Below are positions 47,401 through 53,640 of a stretch of DNA of 53,640 nucleotides, piece by piece; the stretch's first letter is position 1, and the number at the start of each line of letters is the position of its first letter. The notes beneath the pieces are model-generated. The model saw only the letters and a list, made by a program, of their open reading frames with translations, did no database searches and was not told where the DNA came from. Position numbers and translations under genes: made by a program. This stretch comes from Hydrurus foetidus (lineage: Eukaryota): assembly GCA_900617105.1 (NCBI GenBank), contig UYFQ01000754.1, forward strand, positions 1 through 53,640, read 5' to 3'.

Positions 47401-50400
47401 GACTGATGCGCCGACGTCACGGCCAACAACACCGCCAAGTGCAGAGCCAAGCAAAGTGCCTACCTCAACACCGACTGATGCGCCGACGTCACGGCCAACA
47501 ACACCGCCAAGTGCAGAGCCAAGCAAAGTGCCTACCTCAACACCGACTGATGCGCCGACGTCACGGCCAACAACACCGCCAAGTGCAGAGCCAAGCAAAG
47601 TGCCTACCTCAACACCGACTGATGCGCCGACGTCACGGCCAACAACACCGCCAAGTGCAGAGCCAAGCAAAGTGCCTACCTCAACACCGACTGATGCGCC
47701 GACGTCACGGCCAACAACACCGCCAAGTGCAGAGCCAAGCAAAGTGCCTACCTCAACACCGACTGATGCGCCGACGTCACGGCCAACAACACCGCCAAGT
47801 GCAGAGCCAAGCAAAGTGCCTACCTCAACACCGACTGATGCGCCGACGTCACGGCCAACAACACCGCCAAGTGCAGAGCCAAGCAAAGTGCCTACCTCAA
47901 CACCGACTGATGCGCCGACGTCACGGCCAACAACACCGCCAAGTGCAGAGCCAAGCAAAGTGCCTACCTCAACACCGACTGATGCGCCGACGTCACGGCC
48001 AACAACACCGCCAAGTGCAGAGCCAAGCAAAGTGCCTACCTCAACACCGACTGATGCGCCGACGTCACGGCCAACAACACCGCCAAGTGCAGAGCCAAGC
48101 AAAGTGCCTACCTCAACACCGACTGATGCGCCGACGTCACGGCCAACAACACCGCCAAGTGCAGAGCCAAGCAAAGTGCCTACCTCAACACCGACTGATG
48201 CGCCGACGTCACGGCCAACAACACCGCCAAGTGCAGAGCCAAGCAAAGTGCCTACCTCAACACCGACTGATGCGCCGACGTCACGGCCAACAACACCGCC
48301 AAGTGCAGAGCCAAGCAAAGTGCCTACCTCAACACCGACTGATGCGCCGACGTCACGGCCAACAACACCGCCAAGTGCAGAGCCAAGCAAAGTGCCTACC
48401 TCAACACCGACTGATGCGCCGACGTCACGGCCAACAACACCGCCAAGTGCAGAGCCAAGCAAAGTGCCTACCTCAACACCGACTGATGCGCCGACGTCAC
48501 GGCCAACAACACCGCCAAGTGCAGAGCCAAGCAAAGTGCCTACCTCAACACCGACTGATGCGCCGACGTCACGGCCAACAACACCGCCAAGTGCAGAGCC
48601 AAGCAAAGTGCCTACCTCAACACCGACTGATGCGCCGACGTCACGGCCAACAACACCGCCAAGTGCAGAGCCAAGCAAAGTGCCTACCTCAACACCGACT
48701 GATGCGCCGACGTCACGGCCAACAACACCGCCAAGTGCAGAGCCAAGCAAAGTGCCTACCTCAACACCGACTGATGCGCCGACGTCACGGCCAACAACAC
48801 CGCCAAGTGCAGAGCCAAGCAAAGTGCCTACCTCAACACCGACTGATGCGCCGACGTCACGGCCAACAACACCGCCAAGTGCAGAGCCAAGCAAAGTGCC
48901 TACCTCAACACCGACTGATGCGCCGACGTCACGGCCAACAACACCGCCAAGTGCAGAGCCAAGCAAAGTGCCTACCTCAACACCGACTGATGCGCCGACG
49001 TCACGGCCAACAACACCGCCAAGTGCAGAGCCAAGCAAAGTGCCTACCTCAACACCGACTGATGCGCCGACGTCACGGCCAACAACACCGCCAAGTGCAG
49101 AGCCAAGCAAAGTGCCTACCTCAACACCGACTGATGCGCCGACGTCACGGCCAACAACACCGCCAAGTGCAGAGCCAAGCAAAGTGCCTACCTCAACACC
49201 GACTGATGCGCCGACGTCACGGCCAACAACACCGCCAAGTGCAGAGCCAAGCAAAGTGCCTACCTCAACACCGACTGATGCGCCGACGTCACGGCCAACA
49301 ACACCGCCAAGTGCAGAGCCAAGCAAAGTGCCTACCTCAACACCGACTGATGCGCCGACGTCACGGCCAACAACACCGCCAAGTGCAGAGCCAAGCAAAG
49401 TGCCTACCTCAACACCGACTGATGCGCCGACGTCACGGCCAACAACACCGCCAAGTGCAGAGCCAAGCAAAGTGCCTACCTCAACACCGACTGATGCGCC
49501 GACGTCACGGCCAACAACACCGCCAAGTGCAGAGCCAAGCAAAGTGCCTACCTCAACACCGACTGATGCGCCGACGTCACGGCCAACAACACCGCCAAGT
49601 GCAGAGCCAAGCAAAGTGCCTACCTCAACACCGACTGATGCGCCGACGTCACGGCCAACAACACCGCCAAGTGCAGAGCCAAGCAAAGTGCCTACCTCAA
49701 CACCGACTGATGCGCCGACGTCACGGCCAACAACACCGCCAAGTGCAGAGCCAAGCAAAGTGCCTACCTCAACACCGACTGATGCGCCGACGTCACGGCC
49801 AACAACACCGCCAAGTGCAGAGCCAAGCAAAGTGCCTACCTCAACACCGACTGATGCGCCGACGTCACGGCCAACAACACCGCCAAGTGCAGAGCCAAGC
49901 AAAGTGCCTACCTCAACACCGACTGATGCGCCGACGTCACGGCCAACAACACCGCCAAGTGCAGAGCCAAGCAAAGTGCCTACCTCAACACCGACTGATG
50001 CGCCGACGTCACGGCCAACAACACCGCCAAGTGCAGAGCCAAGCAAAGTGCCTACCTCAACACCGACTGATGCGCCGACGTCACGGCCAACAACACCGCC
50101 AAGTGCAGAGCCAAGCAAAGTGCCTACCTCAACACCGACTGATGCGCCGACGTCACGGCCAACAACACCGCCAAGTGCAGAGCCAAGCAAAGTGCCTACC
50201 TCAACACCGACTGATGCGCCGACGTCACGGCCAACAACACCGCCAAGTGCAGAGCCAAGCAAAGTGCCTACCTCAACACCGACTGATGCGCCGACGTCAC
50301 GGCCAACAACACCGCCAAGTGCAGAGCCAAGCAAAGTGCCTACCTCAACACCGACTGATGCGCCGACGTCACGGCCAACAACACCGCCAAGTGCAGAGCC

Positions 50401-53400
50401 AAGCAAAGTGCCTACCTCAACACCGACTGATGCGCCGACGTCACGGCCAACAACACCGCCAAGTGCAGAGCCAAGCAAAGTGCCTACCTCAACACCGACT
50501 GATGCGCCGACGTCACGGCCAACAACACCGCCAAGTGCAGAGCCAAGCAAAGTGCCTACCTCAACACCGACTGATGCGCCGACGTCACGGCCAACAACAC
50601 CGCCAAGTGCAGAGCCAAGCAAAGTGCCTACCTCAACACCGACTGATGCGCCGACGTCACGGCCAACAACACCGCCAAGTGCAGAGCCAAGCAAAGTGCC
50701 TACCTCAACACCGACTGATGCGCCGACGTCACGGCCAACAACACCGCCAAGTGCAGAGCCAAGCAAAGTGCCTACCTCAACACCGACTGATGCGCCGACG
50801 TCACGGCCAACAACACCGCCAAGTGCAGAGCCAAGCAAAGTGCCTACCTCAACACCGACTGATGCGCCGACGTCACGGCCAACAACACCGCCAAGTGCAG
50901 AGCCAAGCAAAGTGCCTACCTCAACACCGACTGATGCGCCGACGTCACGGCCAACAACACCGCCAAGTGCAGAGCCAAGCAAAGTGCCTACCTCAACACC
51001 GACTGATGCGCCGACGTCACGGCCAACAACACCGCCAAGTGCAGAGCCAAGCAAAGTGCCTACCTCAACACCGACTGATGCGCCGACGTCACGGCCAACA
51101 ACACCGCCAAGTGCAGAGCCAAGCAAAGTGCCTACCTCAACACCGACTGATGCGCCGACGTCACGGCCAACAACACCGCCAAGTGCAGAGCCAAGCAAAG
51201 TGCCTACCTCAACACCGACTGATGCGCCGACGTCACGGCCAACAACACCGCCAAGTGCAGAGCCAAGCAAAGTGCCTACCTCAACACCGACTGATGCGCC
51301 GACGTCACGGCCAACAACACCGCCAAGTGCAGAGCCAAGCAAAGTGCCTACCTCAACACCGACTGATGCGCCGACGTCACGGCCAACAACACCGCCAAGT
51401 GCAGAGCCAAGCAAAGTGCCTACCTCAACACCGACTGATGCGCCGACGTCACGGCCAACAACACCGCCAAGTGCAGAGCCAAGCAAAGTGCCTACCTCAA
51501 CACCGACTGATGCGCCGACGTCACGGCCAACAACACCGCCAAGTGCAGAGCCAAGCAAAGTGCCTACCTCAACACCGACTGATGCGCCGACGTCACGGCC
51601 AACAACACCGCCAAGTGCAGAGCCAAGCAAAGTGCCTACCTCAACACCGACTGATGCGCCGACGTCACGGCCAACAACACCGCCAAGTGCAGAGCCAAGC
51701 AAAGTGCCTACCTCAACACCGACTGATGCGCCGACGTCACGGCCAACAACACCGCCAAGTGCAGAGCCAAGCAAAGTGCCTACCTCAACACCGACTGATG
51801 CGCCGACGTCACGGCCAACAACACCGCCAAGTGCAGAGCCAAGCAAAGTGCCTACCTCAACACCGACTGATGCGCCGACGTCAAGGCCAACAACACCGCC
51901 AAGTGCAGAGCCAAGCAAAGTGCCTACCTCAACACCGACTGATGCGCCGACGTCACGGCCAACAACACCGCCAAGTGCAGAGCCAAGCAAAGTGCCTACC
52001 TCAACACCGACTGATGCGCCGACGTCACGGCCAACAACACCGCCAAGTGCAGAGCCAAGCAAAGTGCCTACCTCAACACCGACTGATGCGCCGACGTCAC
52101 GGCCAACAACACCGCCAAGTGCAGAGCCAAGCAAAGTGCCTACCTCAACACCGACTGATGCGCCGACGTCACGGCCAACAACACCGCCAAGTGCAGAGCC
52201 AAGCAAAGTGCCTACCTCAACACCGACTGATGCGCCGACGTCACGGCCAACAACACCGCCAAGTGCAGAGCCAAGCAAAGTGCCTACCTCAACACCGACT
52301 GATGCGCCGACGTCACGGCCAACAACACCGCCAAGTGCAGAGCCAAGCAAAGTGCCTACCTCAACACCGACTGATGCGCCGACGTCACGGCCAACAACAC
52401 CGCCAAGTGCAGAGCCAAGCAAAGTGCCTACCTCAACACCGACTGATGCGCCGACGTCACGGCCAACAACACCGCCAAGTGCAGAGCCAAGCAAAGTGCC
52501 TACCTCAACACCGACTGATGCGCCGACGTCACGGCCAACAACACCGCCAAGTGCAGAGCCAAGCAAAGTGCCTACCTCAACACCGACTGATGCGCCGACG
52601 TCACGGCCAACAACACCGCCAAGTGCAGAGCCAAGCAAAGTGCCTACCTCAACACCGACTGATGCGCCGACGTCACGGCCAACAACACCGCCAAGTGCAG
52701 AGCCAAGCAAAGTGCCTACCTCAACACCGACTGATGCGCCGACGTCACGGCCAACAACACCGCCAAGTGCAGAGCCAAGCAAAGTGCCTACCTCAACACC
52801 GACTGATGCGCCGACGTCACGGCCAACAACACCGCCAAGTGCAGAGCCAAGCAAAGTGCCTACCTCAACACCGACTGATGCGCCGACGTCACGGCCAACA
52901 ACACCGCCAAGTGCAGAGCCAAGCAAAGTGCCTACCTCAACACCGACTGATGCGCCGACGTCACGGCCAACAACACCGCCAAGTGCAGAGCCAAGCAAAG
53001 TGCCTACCTCAACACCGACTGATGCGCCGACGTCACGGCCAACAACACCGCCAAGTGCAGAGCCAAGCAAAGTGCCTACCTCAACACCGACTGATGCACC
53101 GACGTCACGGCCAACAACACCGCCAAGTGCAGAGCCAAGCAAAGTGCCTACCTCAACACCGACTGATGCACCGACGCCAAGGCCAACAACACCGCCAAGT
53201 GTAGAGCCAAGCAAAGTGTCTACCTCAACACCGACTGATGCGCCGACGTCACGGCCAACAACACCGCCAAGTGCAGAGCCAAGCAAAGTGCCTACCTCAA
53301 CACCGACTGATGCGCTGACGTCACGGCCAACAACACCCCGCTATGCAGAGCTAAGCAAAGTGCCTACCTCAACACCGACTGATGCGCCGACGTCAAGGCC

Positions 53401-53640
53401 AACAACACCGCCAAGTACAGAGCCAAGCAAAGTGCCTAACTCAACACCGACTGATGCGCTGACGTCACGGCCAACAACACCGCTAAGTGCAGAGCCAAGC
53501 AAAGTGCCCACCTCAACACCGACTGATGCGCCGACGTCAAGGCCAACAACACCGCCAAGTGCAGAGCCAAGCAAAGTGCCCACCTCAACACCGACTGATG
53601 CGCCGACGTCACGGCCAACAACACCGCCAAGTGCAGAGCC
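41418..53640 (+). CDS. Giant secreted mucin-like Pro/Thr/Ser-rich protein (over 4,000 aa, partial); intron 41902-41999
   Basis: Signal-peptide-like MKMVLGLWVTIALLIRSILS. A phase-1 GT...ctaac...AG intron joins exon 1 to DDKEKTDK...QPTIWKSDALTSRPTTPPSAEPSKVPTSTP..., a frame with no stop to the window end, which is why it is absent from the ORF track. Confidence 0.8.
42147..53640 (+). repeat. 72-bp coding minisatellite, about 160 copies (TDAPTSRPTTPPSAEPSKVPTSTP)
   Basis: Unit actgatgcgccgacgtcacggccaacaacaccgccaagtgcagagccaagcaaagtgcctacctcaacaccg repeated head to tail; variants almost only at the array ends. Confidence 0.99.

Noticed and set aside
42127..53286. 3719-aa minus-strand ORF (VGASVGVEVG...) and 3673-aa plus-strand ORF (QSQAKCLPQH...)
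   Set aside because: Shadow frames of a 72-bp repeat that happens to lack stops; only the Pro/Thr/Ser frame connects to a signal-peptide exon.
42147..53640. CRISPR array
   Set aside because: No unique spacers, no cas genes, eukaryotic context; it is a pure tandem repeat.

Overview
Eukaryotic genomic DNA with GT-AG spliceosomal introns. It is most likely from a photosynthetic stramenopile (ochrophyte-like), inferred from the gene content, a bipartite-looking targeting leader and the retroelement types. Left to right: (1) a nearly intact minus-strand Ty3/gypsy chromovirus-type retrotransposon running off the left edge; its pol is missing from the ORF track, is in frame with gag across one TAG, and has an unusual IFDN RT motif; (2) a cluster of DNA-transposon relics: two TA-flanked MITEs, two fold-back elements and a decayed PIF/Harbinger with 14-bp TIRs and TAA TSD; (3) six host genes: SQD2-like GT4 glycosyltransferase, ALY/REF-like RRM protein, membrane-anchored PEBP-like protein, RluA-family pseudouridine synthase-like protein, MiaB/CDK5RAP1 and thiamine pyrophosphokinase; (4) a very young Ty1/copia element with 330-bp LTRs and CACTG TSD just upstream of TPK1; (5) an intact-ORF tyrosine-recombinase (DIRS/Ngaro-like) retrotransposon with a B-A-B split-repeat end, bracketed by a 428-bp direct duplication that includes part of the copia LTR; (6) a secreted mucin-like gene with about 160 almost identical 72-bp coding repeats running off the right edge. 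I recognised no RNA genes or CRISPR arrays.
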